Shown: positions 37,345 to 47,902 of the stretch, one piece after another
Numbering within the stretch: position 1 is the stretch's first letter
Layout of the letters: each line of letters starts with the position of its first letter
Assembly: GCA_965204535.1 (NCBI GenBank)
Contig: CBDBEV010000001.1
Span: 640,001-704,000 of the forward strand
Length of the DNA stretch: 64,000 nt
From: a bacterium
Lineage (GTDB): Bacteria > UBA8248
Direction: 5' to 3'
Translations under genes and position numbers: made by a program
Notes under the pieces: generated by a model
Database searches by the model: none
Seen by the model: the letters and a program-made list of their open reading frames with translations, nothing else
What the model was told of the DNA's origin: nothing

Positions 37345-37618
37345 ATACGGCGGGGACTGCGTAGACGGGGACTTTCTCTCTCCTTTTTTTCGGGACGGTT
37401 TCATTTTTCCCGGAAAATACCGGCTTTCCCGAATGAAGGCGGAGCGTATTTTGTGGCATGTTTTCAAAGTTGGGGGTATCATCTATTATAGAGAAGGAAG
37501 AATCCGGTGCATTGATAGTGGCATGACATCGGTGGCCGGCGATTTATTGATATGATGTAGACGAAGAAATTTCAAATTCTGTCCGATTCCCGTTGAACAC
37601 TGCCTGGAGGGCCAGAAA

Positions 37619-39037
37619 ATGAACAAACCTTCTTCAGAGAATCCCGTTCCTGCCGAGGCGGGGACGCCAAAAGCCCAGAACGGCGGTCCGAACGGCCAGA
37701 ACCTGTTGTCCATCGATCCGCCTCGCTACAAGCCCATCGTGGTCCAGCAGATAGACAAAGTCCCCGAGTTGCAGAGTCTCCCCGAGGACATACGCTTCAG
37801 CATGAAGGTGGTGGGGCACGTGCTGCCCTTCCGCACGAACCGCTACATGGTGGAAAACCTCATCGACTGGGACAACGTGCCCGAGGATCCCCTGTTCCAG
37901 CTCTCTTTTCCCCAGGAGGGGATGATCTCGAAAGAAGATTTCGATTCCGTGGCGGCTCTCTTGAAGCGGGACGCGCCCAAGGAGCAACTCAACGCCGCCA
38001 TCCACGAGATCAGGGCCGGCCTGAACCCCCACCCCGCCGGACAGCAGACGCTGAACGTGCCCGTCCTCGACGAGGAGCATGTCGAAGGCATGCAGCACAA
38101 ATACCATGAGACGGTGCTCTTCTTCCCCGGTCAGGGACAGACCTGCCACGCCTACTGCACATTCTGTTTCCGCTGGGCGCAGTTCGTGGGCGACAAGGAG
38201 CTTCGCTTCATCTCCACGGACGCGGACATCCTGCACAGGTATCTCGCCGAGCACAAGGAGGTGACGGACGTCCTCTTCACGGGCGGCGATCCCTTGATCA
38301 TGAAGACCAAGGCGCTCGAGGGCTACATGCAGCCCCTGCTGGACGATTCGCGCTTCGCGCACATCCGCGACATCCGCATCGGCTCGAAGGCGCTGACCTT
38401 CTGGCCGTATCGCTTCACCACGGACGCCGACGCGGACGATCTGCTGCGTCTATTCGAGAAGATGGTGGAAGGCGGCAAGCACATCGCCATCATGGCGCAC
38501 TTCAATCACGAGCGTGAAGTCCAGACCCCGATGGCGCGCGAGGCTATCAGAAGGGTGCGGGATACGGGCGCCGTCATCAGGACGCAGGCGCCGCTTCTCA
38601 AGCACATCAACGACGACGCCGATATGTGGGCGCGCATGTGGAAGGAGCAGGTGCGGCTGGGCCTGATACCCTATTACATGTTCGTGGAAAGGGACACGGG
38701 CGCCAAGCGCTACTTCGAGCTGCCCCTGGTGGAAGCGCACGCGATCTACCGGAAGGCGTACTCCCAGGTTTCCGGTCTGGCGCGCACCGCGCGGGGTCCC
38801 TCGATGAGCGCGGCGCCCGGCAAGGTGCAGGTACTGGGAATCGAGGAGGTCCGCGGCGAGCGCATCATCGCGCTTCAGTTCCTCCAGGCGAGAAACCCCG
38901 AGTGGCTGGGCCGCGTCTTCTTCGCCGAGTACGACGAAAACGCCACCTGGCTCACCGGCCTCAAGCCGGCCTTTGGAGAGAAGGAGTTCTTCTACGAGGC
39001 GGACTTCGAGGCGATGAAGCAGCGCCTCGCGAGCTAG
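37619..39037 (+). CDS. KamA/lysine 2,3-aminomutase-like radical SAM protein
   Basis: HKY..TVLFFP, TCHAYCTFCFR, LFTGGDP, PYYMFVERD. Confidence 0.88.
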   Translation: MNKPSSENPVPAEAGTPKAQNGGPNGQNLLSIDPPRYKPIVVQQIDKVPELQSLPEDIRFSMKVVGHVLPFRTNRYMVENLIDWDNVPEDPLFQLSFPQEGMISKEDFDSVAALLKRDAPKEQLNAAIHEIRAGLNPHPAGQQTLNVPVLDEEHVEGMQHKYHETVLFFPGQGQTCHAYCTFCFRWAQFVGDKELRFISTDADILHRYLAEHKEVTDVLFTGGDPLIMKTKALEGYMQPLLDDSRFAHIRDIRIGSKALTFWPYRFTTDADADDLLRLFEKMVEGGKHIAIMAHFNHEREVQTPMAREAIRRVRDTGAVIRTQAPLLKHINDDADMWARMWKEQVRLGLIPYYMFVERDTGAKRYFELPLVEAHAIYRKAYSQVSGLARTARGPSMSAAPGKVQVLGIEEVRGERIIALQFLQARNPEWLGRVFFAEYDENATWLTGLKPAFGEKEFFYEADFEAMKQRLAS

Positions 39038-39065
39038 GAGCGCCGAGTCTTTACGCTGCGCATGG

Positions 39066-39533
39066 TTACTTCTTCGCCATGCGCAGCACCTCGTCGAATT
39101 CCTTTCTGGTCACGGGCTGGACGCTCAGGCGCTGGCCTCGCTGGGTGACGCGCATCTCGGCGAGCCTGGGATTTTCTTTCAGTTCGTTGAGCGAGACGGG
39201 CCGGGGGAGTTTTTCCATCGCCTGCAGGTCGACCATGTGCCAGCGGGGGGCGTCGGCGGGGGCTTTCGGGTCGTAGTATTTGGATTTCTTGTCGTATTGG
39301 GTGTGGTCAGGGTACGATTCCCGCGCCACCCGCGCGGTGCCCGCCACGTGGGGCGGTTTCGCGTTCGAGTGATAGAAGAGAACGTAGTCGTCCACCTTCA
39401 TCTCCATCATGAAATTTCTGGCCTGATAGTTTCGGATGCCGTCCCAGCAGGCGGTCTGCTCGGGCTCCGCCATCAGGTCGTCGAACGAGTATGCGTCCGG
39501 TTCGCTCTTCATGAGCCAGTATTTTCGGGCCAT
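39066..39533 (-). CDS. EVE domain protein
   Basis: YWLMKSEP, WDGIRNYQARN, FYHS, RLSVQPV. Confidence 0.92.
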   Translation of the reverse strand: MARKYWLMKSEPDAYSFDDLMAEPEQTACWDGIRNYQARNFMMEMKVDDYVLFYHSNAKPPHVAGTARVARESYPDHTQYDKKSKYYDPKAPADAPRWHMVDLQAMEKLPRPVSLNELKENPRLAEMRVTQRGQRLSVQPVTRKEFDEVLRMAKK

Positions 39534-39628
39534 CGGAAGCGTATCTCCATGGTTGGCGTGGATGAATTCAGGATTATGGTGAGCCTACCACGTCGCGGTT
39601 GATGGTGAAATATGGGTGAGCGGCGCGC

Positions 39629-40573
39629 TCAGGATGCCGGCTTCACCTCGCCCGCGATTTGGAGGTCGGCGAGTTTCAGGGTGTGCGAGATGAAATCGTT
39701 GCACGGCGTCTCGACGCCCACCTCCGCCCCGATGCGCGAGACCGTTCCGCACAGCGCATCGATCTCGAGGCGTCTGCCCGCTTCGAGGTCATGGCACAGG
39801 CTGCCCTTGCTGGCCGGGTTCTGCTCGTCGATGAAGCGGTAGCGATCCTCGTCCGCGCCCTCGGGGAGGTTCACGCCCTTCGCCCTGCCCACGAGGTAGA
39901 CCTCGCGCATCGTCTCGCGCATCATGTTTTTCGTGCCCTCGTAGGCCATGATTTCGCCGAGGGTGGAGCGCGTGAGCGCCGTCACCCCGCCGACCGCGCA
40001 GATGAAGATGAACTTCGTCCAAAGCTCCGCTTCGATGTCTTCTGAATATACCGCGTTGATTTCCGCGTCTTTCAGCTCGGCGAGTATCGCATCGCCGCGC
40101 GCGCTCGCGCCGCCGCCCGTTTCGCCGAAGACCAGCCGCCTCGGCCCCCCGATTTGCCGGATGAGGCCCGGCGCCGCGATGGAGGTGAATATATAGGCCG
40201 CGCCGCCCATCACGCGTTCAGCACCATAGACGGCCGCGAGTTTCTCTTCGCCCGCCACGCCGTTTTGCAGGTTGATGATGACGGTGTCCGGGCCGACCAT
40301 GGGTGCGATGGCGGGAACGGCTGCGTCGTCGGCGGTCGTCTTCACGCAGTAGAGGATGACGTCGCATACGCCCGCCTCTGCCGGAGAATCCGTAAGCACC
40401 CCATCGCGCACGCTGAATTCTCCGGGCGCGACGCTCTCCACGCGGAGCCCCTCTTTCCGCATGGCTTCCAGGTGTTCTCCGCGCGCGATGAAGGCGACGT
40501 CCTTGCCGCCCCTCGCCAGCATGGCGCCGAAATAGCCGCCCACGCCTCCTGTCGCCATGATGCCGAAACGCAT
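39629..40573 (-). CDS. panE: Ketopantoate reductase family
   Basis: GGVGGYFG, CVKT, LQNG, LWTKF, SL..DL..GRRLEID. Confidence 0.85.
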   Translation of the reverse strand: MRFGIMATGGVGGYFGAMLARGGKDVAFIARGEHLEAMRKEGLRVESVAPGEFSVRDGVLTDSPAEAGVCDVILYCVKTTADDAAVPAIAPMVGPDTVIINLQNGVAGEEKLAAVYGAERVMGGAAYIFTSIAAPGLIRQIGGPRRLVFGETGGGASARGDAILAELKDAEINAVYSEDIEAELWTKFIFICAVGGVTALTRSTLGEIMAYEGTKNMMRETMREVYLVGRAKGVNLPEGADEDRYRFIDEQNPASKGSLCHDLEAGRRLEIDALCGTVSRIGAEVGVETPCNDFISHTLKLADLQIAGEVKPAS

Positions 40574-40613
40574 GTTCCATCCTTCCCGGAAAGACGCGGT
40601 TCCCGCCGTGCAC

Positions 40614-40655
40614 GGAAAAAAGAAAAGGAGGAAAGCCCAAGCTCTCCTCCTTTTG
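40614..40655 (-). terminator. Probable terminator after scpB
   Basis: AAAAGGAGGA...TCCTCCTTTT stem with an adjacent A tract. Confidence 0.55.
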
Positions 40656-40681
40656 GTTGTACCAGAACCTCGGGGTTTTCG

Positions 40682-41689
40682 TCAGGAGGCGGTATCCATT
40701 TTCTTTTCCGGTTCTTGGGGCGTCGTCGTTTCCGCGGACATCTCTCCTTGCTCCGTGCTCTCGTGCGCGTGACCGTTGGAATGACCGTTAGCGCCGTTTG
40801 TATGGCCGTTTGAACCGTTTGCGTGGCCGTTCGACCCCGTCGCCTGCTCTTCGGCGTCCAGAGAGATGATCTCCTCTTGACCGCCCACAGGCCCCAAGTC
40901 GAGGTCTTCGGTTGCCTCGAACTCCTCGGGTTTCGGCATGTCCGAGAGGCTCTTGAAGCCGAAATGCTCCAGGAACAGGGGCGTGGTGCCGTAGACGATG
41001 GGCCGGCCCACGACGTCACGCCGCCCGAGGATGCGGATGAGGCCGCGCTCGAGCAGGGTGTGCAGCACGCCGCCGCAATCCACCCGCCTGATCTCCTCGA
41101 TCTCCGCTTTGGTGATGGGCTGCTTGTAGGCCAGTATGGCCAGGGTTTCGAGCGCCGCCTGGGAGAGCTTGGTTTTTCTCTCCCTCTTGGAGAAGCGCTT
41201 CACCCAGGGGGAGAACTCCGCCCGCGTGCAAAGGCGAAAGCCCTCGGCCACTTCGATGATCTGCAGGGTCTTGTCGCCATATTCCTCGACCAGCTCGCCC
41301 AGGAGTTTTCGGACGACCTTGACGTTCACGTTGGAGACGCCCTTGAACAGAAAAGAAATATCCCGGGGCCGGAGCGGCTCGCTCGCGACGAAGAGAATGG
41401 ATTCGACAATCTTTTTCGCCTCATCCAGGTCCATGACGAGCGGCGCGTCCTTGTCGATTTCTCCGGCTTCCTCCGCATCGGGCGCCTCTTCGGCCATCCC
41501 GGCTTGTTCCTCCGGCTCCTCGATCTCGAAGAGCGTCTCCTGGCGAGGCTCCTCCATGGCTTCCAGCTGATGTTCCGCCAGCGCCCTGGCCGCGGCGTCC
41601 GGGGACGACGCTCCATCCTCGGCGAGCTCGAAGGGAACTTCCGTTTCCGCCCGCGCTGTTTCTTGATTTTCCGTTTGGGGGTCATTCAT
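40682..41689 (-). CDS. scpB: SMC-Scp complex subunit ScpB
   Basis: LSQAALETLAILAYKQPIT..EIEEIR, GRPIVYGTT..FL..FG. Confidence 0.93.
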   Translation of the reverse strand: MNDPQTENQETARAETEVPFELAEDGASSPDAAARALAEHQLEAMEEPRQETLFEIEEPEEQAGMAEEAPDAEEAGEIDKDAPLVMDLDEAKKIVESILFVASEPLRPRDISFLFKGVSNVNVKVVRKLLGELVEEYGDKTLQIIEVAEGFRLCTRAEFSPWVKRFSKRERKTKLSQAALETLAILAYKQPITKAEIEEIRRVDCGGVLHTLLERGLIRILGRRDVVGRPIVYGTTPLFLEHFGFKSLSDMPKPEEFEATEDLDLGPVGGQEEIISLDAEEQATGSNGHANGSNGHTNGANGHSNGHAHESTEQGEMSAETTTPQEPEKKMDTAS

Positions 41690-42611
41690 CACGCACCGCC
41701 TTTGTAATTCGGATTTCACCGAAATTGGACGCCTGTTGCGCCACGACAAGATTTCCCTTGATGAGTTCCAGAAGCGCCAGGAATATGGCCACCACTTCGA
41801 GCACGCGCCTCGTCTGGAACAACGAGTGGAAGAGCACTCCGTCCCCGCCTGCGTCCTCCAGGGTGTCCATGAGCATGGTTCTCATGTCGGCGACTTCGAG
41901 CTCATCGATGTCCACGAGGTGGACGCCTTCTTCCCCGATGGATTCGATGAGGTGCTGCATGGCGCTGATGAGGTCGAACACCGTGACTTGCAGCCTGGGC
42001 GCTTCTTCTTCCTCGTCATCCTCCAGGAGGAGAGGATCGGCGCCCCGCGTATAGAGCCAGGATTGCTCCTCCTCGGCATGGCGGAACACCTGGCTGATTT
42101 TCTTGAATTTCTGGTACTCGATGAGCTGGCGCTGGAGCTCCTGGCGCAGGACTTCGGGGTCTTCCTCTTCCGCGTCGTCCTCGGTCCGGGGCAGAAGCGT
42201 TCTGCTCTTGATGTAGACCAGATAAGAGGCCATGACGAGGTATTCCGACGCCAGGTTGATGTTCAGCTTTTTGAGGAGTTCCACGTATTTCAGGTATTGA
42301 TCCGTAATGAAGGCGACCGGAATATCGTTTATGTCCAGCCTGTGCTCGCGCACCAGATGCAGCAGCAGTTCGAGCGGACCCTCGAAGACGTCGATCTTGA
42401 CGTTGAATCGCTCGGAATCATCCGAAACTTCAGGTGCGGTCTCCAGACCCTCGGGGCGGTCCGCATCGGGCGCACGGCCGGTCTCCAGGATTTCCCAGTT
42501 ATCGGGGTTTCCCGCGGACATATCGCTGCCCCAGGGCAGATCGGCGAAGCCGGTCTCCTCTGAAGGCGCAGCCGAGCCTTCTGGTGGTGGCGTATTTTCT
42601 GGGGGATTCAT
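41682..42611 (-). CDS. scpA: Segregation/condensation protein ScpA
   Basis: FEGPLELLLHL, ITDQYL, EYLVMA..IKSR.LLP, FLALLEL. Confidence 0.93.
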   Translation of the reverse strand: MNPPENTPPPEGSAAPSEETGFADLPWGSDMSAGNPDNWEILETGRAPDADRPEGLETAPEVSDDSERFNVKIDVFEGPLELLLHLVREHRLDINDIPVAFITDQYLKYVELLKKLNINLASEYLVMASYLVYIKSRTLLPRTEDDAEEEDPEVLRQELQRQLIEYQKFKKISQVFRHAEEEQSWLYTRGADPLLLEDDEEEEAPRLQVTVFDLISAMQHLIESIGEEGVHLVDIDELEVADMRTMLMDTLEDAGGDGVLFHSLFQTRRVLEVVAIFLALLELIKGNLVVAQQASNFGEIRITKAVRDE

Positions 42612-42870
42612 GCTCACCCCGGATGGGCGGACTGAGCGGTCTTTGCCGGGCGCTTTCACGAGCCCACGGGCGGGGAGGCTCTTTATCGCCCTGGAATTAC
42701 TATCCAGCCTAGAAAATATGGATATTCTTGTCAAATGGGAAAAATCGGAATTTTTCAAAAAATTCAAGCGCTTATGCGTCTTCCTCTCGACGGGTCGGTC
42801 CCTGCGCCTTGAGGGAGAAGCGCCTCTGGGGGATAATCGGAGTTCTGGTAATCTCGACGAGGAGGAATCG

Positions 42871-43713
42871 ATGGCAGGCAAAATCATGTCCCTCACGCAA
42901 GCGGCGGCCCTGGTGCAGGATGGAGATTTGCTCGCCCTGGGCGGAAACGCGCTCACGAGAATTCCCGCCGCCTTCGTCCGGGAACTCGCCCGTCAGGGGC
43001 GGGAGAATTTGCGTCTCGTGAAGACGGCCGGCGCCTATGACGTCGACTTGCTCTGCGCGGCGGGGGCCGTAGCGCAGACGCAGACGGGCTACGTGGGATT
43101 CGAGAACCTCTTCGGCCTGGCGCCCTCCTACCGCCGGGGCGTGGAGGAAGGCCGCGTGCAGGCGGTCGAACACGCCTGCTCCACCGTCATCGCGGGTCTC
43201 AGGGCCTCCGCGCATGGCCTGCCGAGCCAGCCCGTGGCGGGTCTGGAGGGCAGCGACGTGGCGGCGCATACCGGTTTCCGGCAAGCAAGAGACCCCTACA
43301 CGGGTGAGTCGGTATTCATGATTCCAAAAATCAGGCCCAGATTCGCCGTTCTCCATGTGACGTACGCAGACTCCGAGGGGAACGCGCGGATAGACGGCGG
43401 GGCGTTCGAGGACGTCTTGATGTCCAGAGCCGCCGAGTCGGTGATCCTGACGGCGGAGCGCATCGAGGAGACCGCGTTTTTCGTCGAGAAACCCGAAAGA
43501 ACGGCGGTTCCCGCCTTCATGGTGCAGGCGGTGGTTCACGCGCCGGGAGGCGCGCGGCCCGGGGGATGCCATCCGTTTTACGATATCGACGAAGAAGCCG
43601 TGGGCGCATACCTCGATTCGGCGGCCGGCGCGGAATCCCTGCGCGCTCATCTCGATTCCTGGGAGGAGCGCGACCATGCAGGAAGCGTGGCGGCGTCGAG
43701 GGGCGCCGGATGA
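42871..43713 (+). CDS. CoA-transferase subunit A (glutaconate CoA-transferase-like)
   Basis: GKIMSL..AA..V.DGD, GLAP.YRR, ADSEGNA. Confidence 0.82.
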   Translation: MAGKIMSLTQAAALVQDGDLLALGGNALTRIPAAFVRELARQGRENLRLVKTAGAYDVDLLCAAGAVAQTQTGYVGFENLFGLAPSYRRGVEEGRVQAVEHACSTVIAGLRASAHGLPSQPVAGLEGSDVAAHTGFRQARDPYTGESVFMIPKIRPRFAVLHVTYADSEGNARIDGGAFEDVLMSRAAESVILTAERIEETAFFVEKPERTAVPAFMVQAVVHAPGGARPGGCHPFYDIDEEAVGAYLDSAAGAESLRAHLDSWEERDHAGSVAASRGAG

Positions 43714-44462
43714 GCGTCGCGATGCGCGAAGGCGCGTCCCAGGAGGTGCGCGCCGCCGCCGACAGGATGGCGGTTTTTCTCTCCAGATTCATCCGCGACG
43801 GGGAACTCGTGTTCCACGGCGTGGCATCTGCGCTGCCGATGGCGGCGATCGTCATGGCCCGGAACACCCACGCGCCGAACCTGACCTACCTGAACATCCC
43901 GGGCGGCGTGGACCCACGACCCTCCTATCTTCCCGGCTCCACCGTGGCGCGGCAACTCATGGAAGGCGCGCTTTCGTATTTCAGCCTCACGGAAATTTTT
44001 GATCTGTCCGCCCGGGGCAAGCTCGACCTGGCGTTTCTGGGCGGCGCGCAAATCGACGCGCGGGGCGACATGAACCTCTCCTTTATCGGGGACCCCGCTG
44101 CGCCCAATGTGCGCCTTCCGGGCGGTGCGGGCAGCGCGCACATTCTGCCCACGGCGGGGCGAACCGTATTATGGCGGACGGTGCACGACGCGAGGAGCTT
44201 TCCCGAGCGCTGCGATTTCGTGACGGCTTCGGGCAACGTGGATGCGGTGGTGACCCCCTTGTGCATTTTTGAGAAGGCGGACGGCCGTCTCCGGGTGAAG
44301 TCGATTCACCAGGGCGTAACGGCGGACGGCTTGCGCGCGGCCACGGGGTTCGACCTCGGTGATTTGGAGCGCGCCCCCACCACGCCTGAACCGACGGATG
44401 CCGAGCGCACAGCACTCCACGCTGCAGACCCCGAAGGTGTCCGCCTGCGCGAATTCATCTGA
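43710..44462 (+). CDS. CoA-transferase subunit B
   Basis: LAFLGGAQIDARGDMN, RLPGGAG, ATGF. Confidence 0.82.
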   Translation: MSVAMREGASQEVRAAADRMAVFLSRFIRDGELVFHGVASALPMAAIVMARNTHAPNLTYLNIPGGVDPRPSYLPGSTVARQLMEGALSYFSLTEIFDLSARGKLDLAFLGGAQIDARGDMNLSFIGDPAAPNVRLPGGAGSAHILPTAGRTVLWRTVHDARSFPERCDFVTASGNVDAVVTPLCIFEKADGRLRVKSIHQGVTADGLRAATGFDLGDLERAPTTPEPTDAERTALHAADPEGVRLREFI

Positions 44463-44479
44463 AGCGGAAATTTCCTTTC

Positions 44480-45415
44480 ATGCCGCAGAAAAGATTCGAC
44501 GCCGTGGGAATCGGCCTGAACTCGGCCGATCAGTTCTGTGTGGTGCGCGAATACCCGCTGGCGAACACCAAGAGCGGGATTCTGGACATGGCGCGCGAAG
44601 GCGGCGGGCAGGCGGCGACGGCCATGGCGGCGCTGGCGCGTCTGGGTATGCGCGCGGCCTACATCGGCGCGGTGGGCGACGACGAGGCAGGCGCGTTCTC
44701 CCTCGCGAGTTTGAGGGCCGAGGGCGTGAACGTGGAAGGCGTCGTCACGCAGCGAGGACGCGCGAGCCAGTCCGCCCTCATCATCGTGCAGCAAGAAGGC
44801 GACGGGGAGGAGAAAGGCTCGCGGACGATTCTGTGGCGGCGCGAGGTGTCCCTGGCGCGAGGAGACGTGAATGAGGATATCGTTCGGGCGGGACGCGCAC
44901 TTCATCTCGACGGCCACCACGTCGAGGCGGAAATCCGGGCCGCGCGGTGGGCGCGCGAGGAAGGCGCGCCCGTGTTCCTGGATGCCGAGCGCGCACCCGA
45001 GGGCATCGCGGACTTGATAAGTCTCACGGATTACCTGATCGCGGCGGAAGACTTCCCCGCTTTGCTCACCGACGTTTCCGAACACCGCGAGAGCTTAAGC
45101 CTGCTTCATGCGATGGGCCCCAAGGTGGCGGGCGTCACCCTGGGCACGCGCGGCGCGCTCGCATACGATGGAAAGCGGTTTTATGAAGCACCCGGTTTTC
45201 ATGTAGACGTGCTCGACACCACGGGGGCGGGCGATGCGTTTCATGGTGGATTCCTGTACGGCGTATTGCGAAAGATGGGCCTTGAGGATACGTTGCGCTT
45301 CGCAAACGCGGTCGCCGCGATGAACTGCACCGCCCTTGGGGGAAGGGCCGCGCTCCCTCGCCTGAACGAAGTGGAAGCCTTTCTGCGAGCGAATTCACCA
45401 GGGAAAAGCGCATGA
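44480..45415 (+). CDS. PfkB-family carbohydrate kinase
   Basis: GGGQAATA, VGDDEAG, DTTGAGDAFHGG. Confidence 0.9.
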   Translation: MPQKRFDAVGIGLNSADQFCVVREYPLANTKSGILDMAREGGGQAATAMAALARLGMRAAYIGAVGDDEAGAFSLASLRAEGVNVEGVVTQRGRASQSALIIVQQEGDGEEKGSRTILWRREVSLARGDVNEDIVRAGRALHLDGHHVEAEIRAARWAREEGAPVFLDAERAPEGIADLISLTDYLIAAEDFPALLTDVSEHRESLSLLHAMGPKVAGVTLGTRGALAYDGKRFYEAPGFHVDVLDTTGAGDAFHGGFLYGVLRKMGLEDTLRFANAVAAMNCTALGGRAALPRLNEVEAFLRANSPGKSA

Positions 45416-46641
45416 AGCGCATACTCGAAAAATTTTGCTACGCTCTCGTCCTGCTGTGCCTGTCCGTCGTTCTGAGCGGTTGCGATCTGCTCCCCGAGCT
45501 CGGCCCGCCGAAAGAATCCGTCTCGGGCACCATTCGGATGAGCGGGAAGCTGCCAGTCAAAGCGTGGCGCACACGCACGCTCTTCATCATCGTCGAACCT
45601 GAAGAAGGCGGACTGCCGCTCGCGGTGCAGCGCCTCGTGGAGACGCGGTTTCCCTACCGATACGTCATCACGAAAGACGACGTGATGATGAGCGGGCAAG
45701 AGTTCTCAGGGCGGGTCCGCGTACGCGCCCGCCTCGATGCGGACGGCGTTCCGGGCCCGCTGGTCAAGGGCGATTTCGAGGGGCGGGCGGCAGGCTTGGT
45801 TACCGTGGGCGCGAAGAACGTGGACGTGGTGATCGACCGAATCGGAACCGCTCCTCCCCCGGAAGTGGCGAAAAAATCTCCTCCAAAACCCGCTCCGCCT
45901 CCAAAGGCGACGCCACCGGCCGGGAGCGGCAAGACGATTCGCGGCGTGGTTCGCGTTGCGCCAGCCCTGGCGGATAAGGCGAAGGACAAGGCGGCGATTT
46001 TCATCATCGCGCGCGGAAAACAGCCCGGCCCGCCGCTTGCGGTCATGCGGATTCTCAATCCCCGGTTTCCCCTGGAATTCAGCATGAGCGAGCAGAACGT
46101 GATGATGCAGGGGGTGGCGTTCGAAGGCGAGGTCCGCCTCATCGCCAAGCTGGACGGCGACGGAAAGGTCGGGACCGAGCCGGGCGATATTTTCGGCGGC
46201 GCGCGCGGGCCGGTGCAGGTGGGGGCGCGCGGCGTGGAGATCGTTCTGACGCAGGAGGCGAAAGGCGCAGCCGCGCCGAAACCCGCAACCAGGGAAGAAA
46301 CGGGCGAGGTGATTTCGGGAACGGTCGAGGTCGCCCCCGCCCTGCGGGCGAAGGCCGAAGGCAAGCCGGTCTTGTTCCTGATCGCGCGCCAGGGCGGGGG
46401 AGGCCCCCCGCTGGCGGTCGTGCGCGTGGCGAACCCCCGCTTCCCGCTGGCGTTCGAGATTTCGAAGCGGAACGTGATGATCCCGGGCGTCCCGTTCGAG
46501 GGGATGGTTTCGCTCGCAGCGCGCCTGGACGCGGACGGCTCGGCGGGACCCGCGGGCGTGGGCGATCTGGAAGGCCGCACGGCGCGCCCCGTTCGGGTGG
46601 GAGAGAGGAACGTGCGCATCGTGATCGACAGGGCGTTTTGA
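45412..46641 (+). CDS. Lipoprotein with three tandem CycH/CcmI C-terminal-like domains
   Basis: Lipobox LSGC; three repeats of (L/I)F(I/L)I...G.PLAV.R....FP...V...A(R/K)LD.DG with Pro/Ala-rich linkers. Confidence 0.7.
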   Translation: MKRILEKFCYALVLLCLSVVLSGCDLLPELGPPKESVSGTIRMSGKLPVKAWRTRTLFIIVEPEEGGLPLAVQRLVETRFPYRYVITKDDVMMSGQEFSGRVRVRARLDADGVPGPLVKGDFEGRAAGLVTVGAKNVDVVIDRIGTAPPPEVAKKSPPKPAPPPKATPPAGSGKTIRGVVRVAPALADKAKDKAAIFIIARGKQPGPPLAVMRILNPRFPLEFSMSEQNVMMQGVAFEGEVRLIAKLDGDGKVGTEPGDIFGGARGPVQVGARGVEIVLTQEAKGAAAPKPATREETGEVISGTVEVAPALRAKAEGKPVLFLIARQGGGGPPLAVVRVANPRFPLAFEISKRNVMIPGVPFEGMVSLAARLDADGSAGPAGVGDLEGRTARPVRVGERNVRIVIDRAF

Positions 46642-46768
46642 CGGCGCAAGGCCGCGCGCTCTGGCGCGGCGGCGGCAAAGTGTGCATAATCGCCCCTCGA
46701 AATTCCCGAGAATCTATTTTCTGAAAGCAGGTTTTTCCTCATTCACGCACCGATAAGGAGAAGTCCAG

Positions 46769-47785
46769 GTGATCATCGACCCCCATGCCCACATCGCTCC
46801 CGAGAGTTTCATCGAAGACGTACGCCAGGGCCGTTTCGGCGACGCCGTCACCATCGAAGCGGGCGACCCGTGGGAACAACTCGTCACGAAAAACACCGTG
46901 CTCGGCGAGGAGCGGATCCACAAGAACCCGCTGCCGAAAGAAACCTATGACGTCGAGATGCGCCTGAGCGACATGGCGAACAACCAGAACGTGGACATAC
47001 AGATACTCTCCGTCGTTCCGCCCATGACGCACTACGCGCTCGACGCAGGGCTGAACAGGGAGCTTTCCGCATCGCTGAACGACGCGCTCACCGCGCTCAC
47101 GAAAGAGCACCCCGACCGCTTCCTGTGCATGGCGCAGATTCCGCTCCAGGACCCCGAAGCCGCGGCGGCCGAACTCGACCGCGCGGTGAAAAACGGCCAC
47201 CTGGGCTGCCAGATCGGCTCGAACGTCGCGGGCAAAAACCTCGACGACCCCGAGCTCGACGCCGTCTGGGCCAAGGCGTGCGAGCACGACGTGCCGATAT
47301 TCATTCACCCGGTGGACGTCATGGGCGTCAACGACAGGCTCAAGGACTATTACCTGAGAAACTTCATCGGCAACCCGCTCGACACGACGATATCCATCGC
47401 CTGCCTCATCTTCGGCGGCGTGTTCGACCGCTTCCCGAACATCAAGTTCCTGGTCTCGCACGTGGGCGGCTTCGTACCCTGGATACGGGGCCGCTGGCAG
47501 CACGGCTACGGCGAGCGCAGGGAGCCCAAGGTGCACGGTTCTAAGGACCCCGAACAGTATTTCGGCAAGATTTATTACGACACCATCATCCACAACGCGG
47601 ATTCGTTCGAGTTCGCCGTGAAAACGCTCGGCGTGGACCGGATTCTCTACGGCACGGACTATCCCTTCGACATGGGCTATCTGGCCGGGGCGAAGGAGAT
47701 TCCGGGGCTTTCGCGCTTCTCGGCGGATGAGCAGGAGCAGATGCTCTACGGGAACGTGAAGAAGCTCTACAAGCTGGACGTGTAA
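46769..47785 (+). CDS. Amidohydrolase_2 (ACMSD-like) decarboxylase/hydrolase
   Basis: IDPHAH, PIFIHP, SHVGG, YGTDYPFDM. Confidence 0.88.
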   Translation: MIIDPHAHIAPESFIEDVRQGRFGDAVTIEAGDPWEQLVTKNTVLGEERIHKNPLPKETYDVEMRLSDMANNQNVDIQILSVVPPMTHYALDAGLNRELSASLNDALTALTKEHPDRFLCMAQIPLQDPEAAAAELDRAVKNGHLGCQIGSNVAGKNLDDPELDAVWAKACEHDVPIFIHPVDVMGVNDRLKDYYLRNFIGNPLDTTISIACLIFGGVFDRFPNIKFLVSHVGGFVPWIRGRWQHGYGERREPKVHGSKDPEQYFGKIYYDTIIHNADSFEFAVKTLGVDRILYGTDYPFDMGYLAGAKEIPGLSRFSADEQEQMLYGNVKKLYKLDV

Positions 47786-47902
47786 GACCTGAAGCTGAGA
47801 AAACAACCCGGCTATCATGCGGCGAGGGGGCCGTGAGGGGTAGTTAAATGAGCCGGGTTTCGTGATTCTGGATATGTAGCTGACCGGTGAGAGAGGAGGC
47901 TT

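Noticed and set aside
36804-37491. ORFs within repeat clusters (also near 10.6, 15.9, 30.4, 48.0 and 60.9 kb)
   Set aside because: Translations of palindromic repeats (PPLPPLVRG, WIPACAGMT) with no RBS or coding signal
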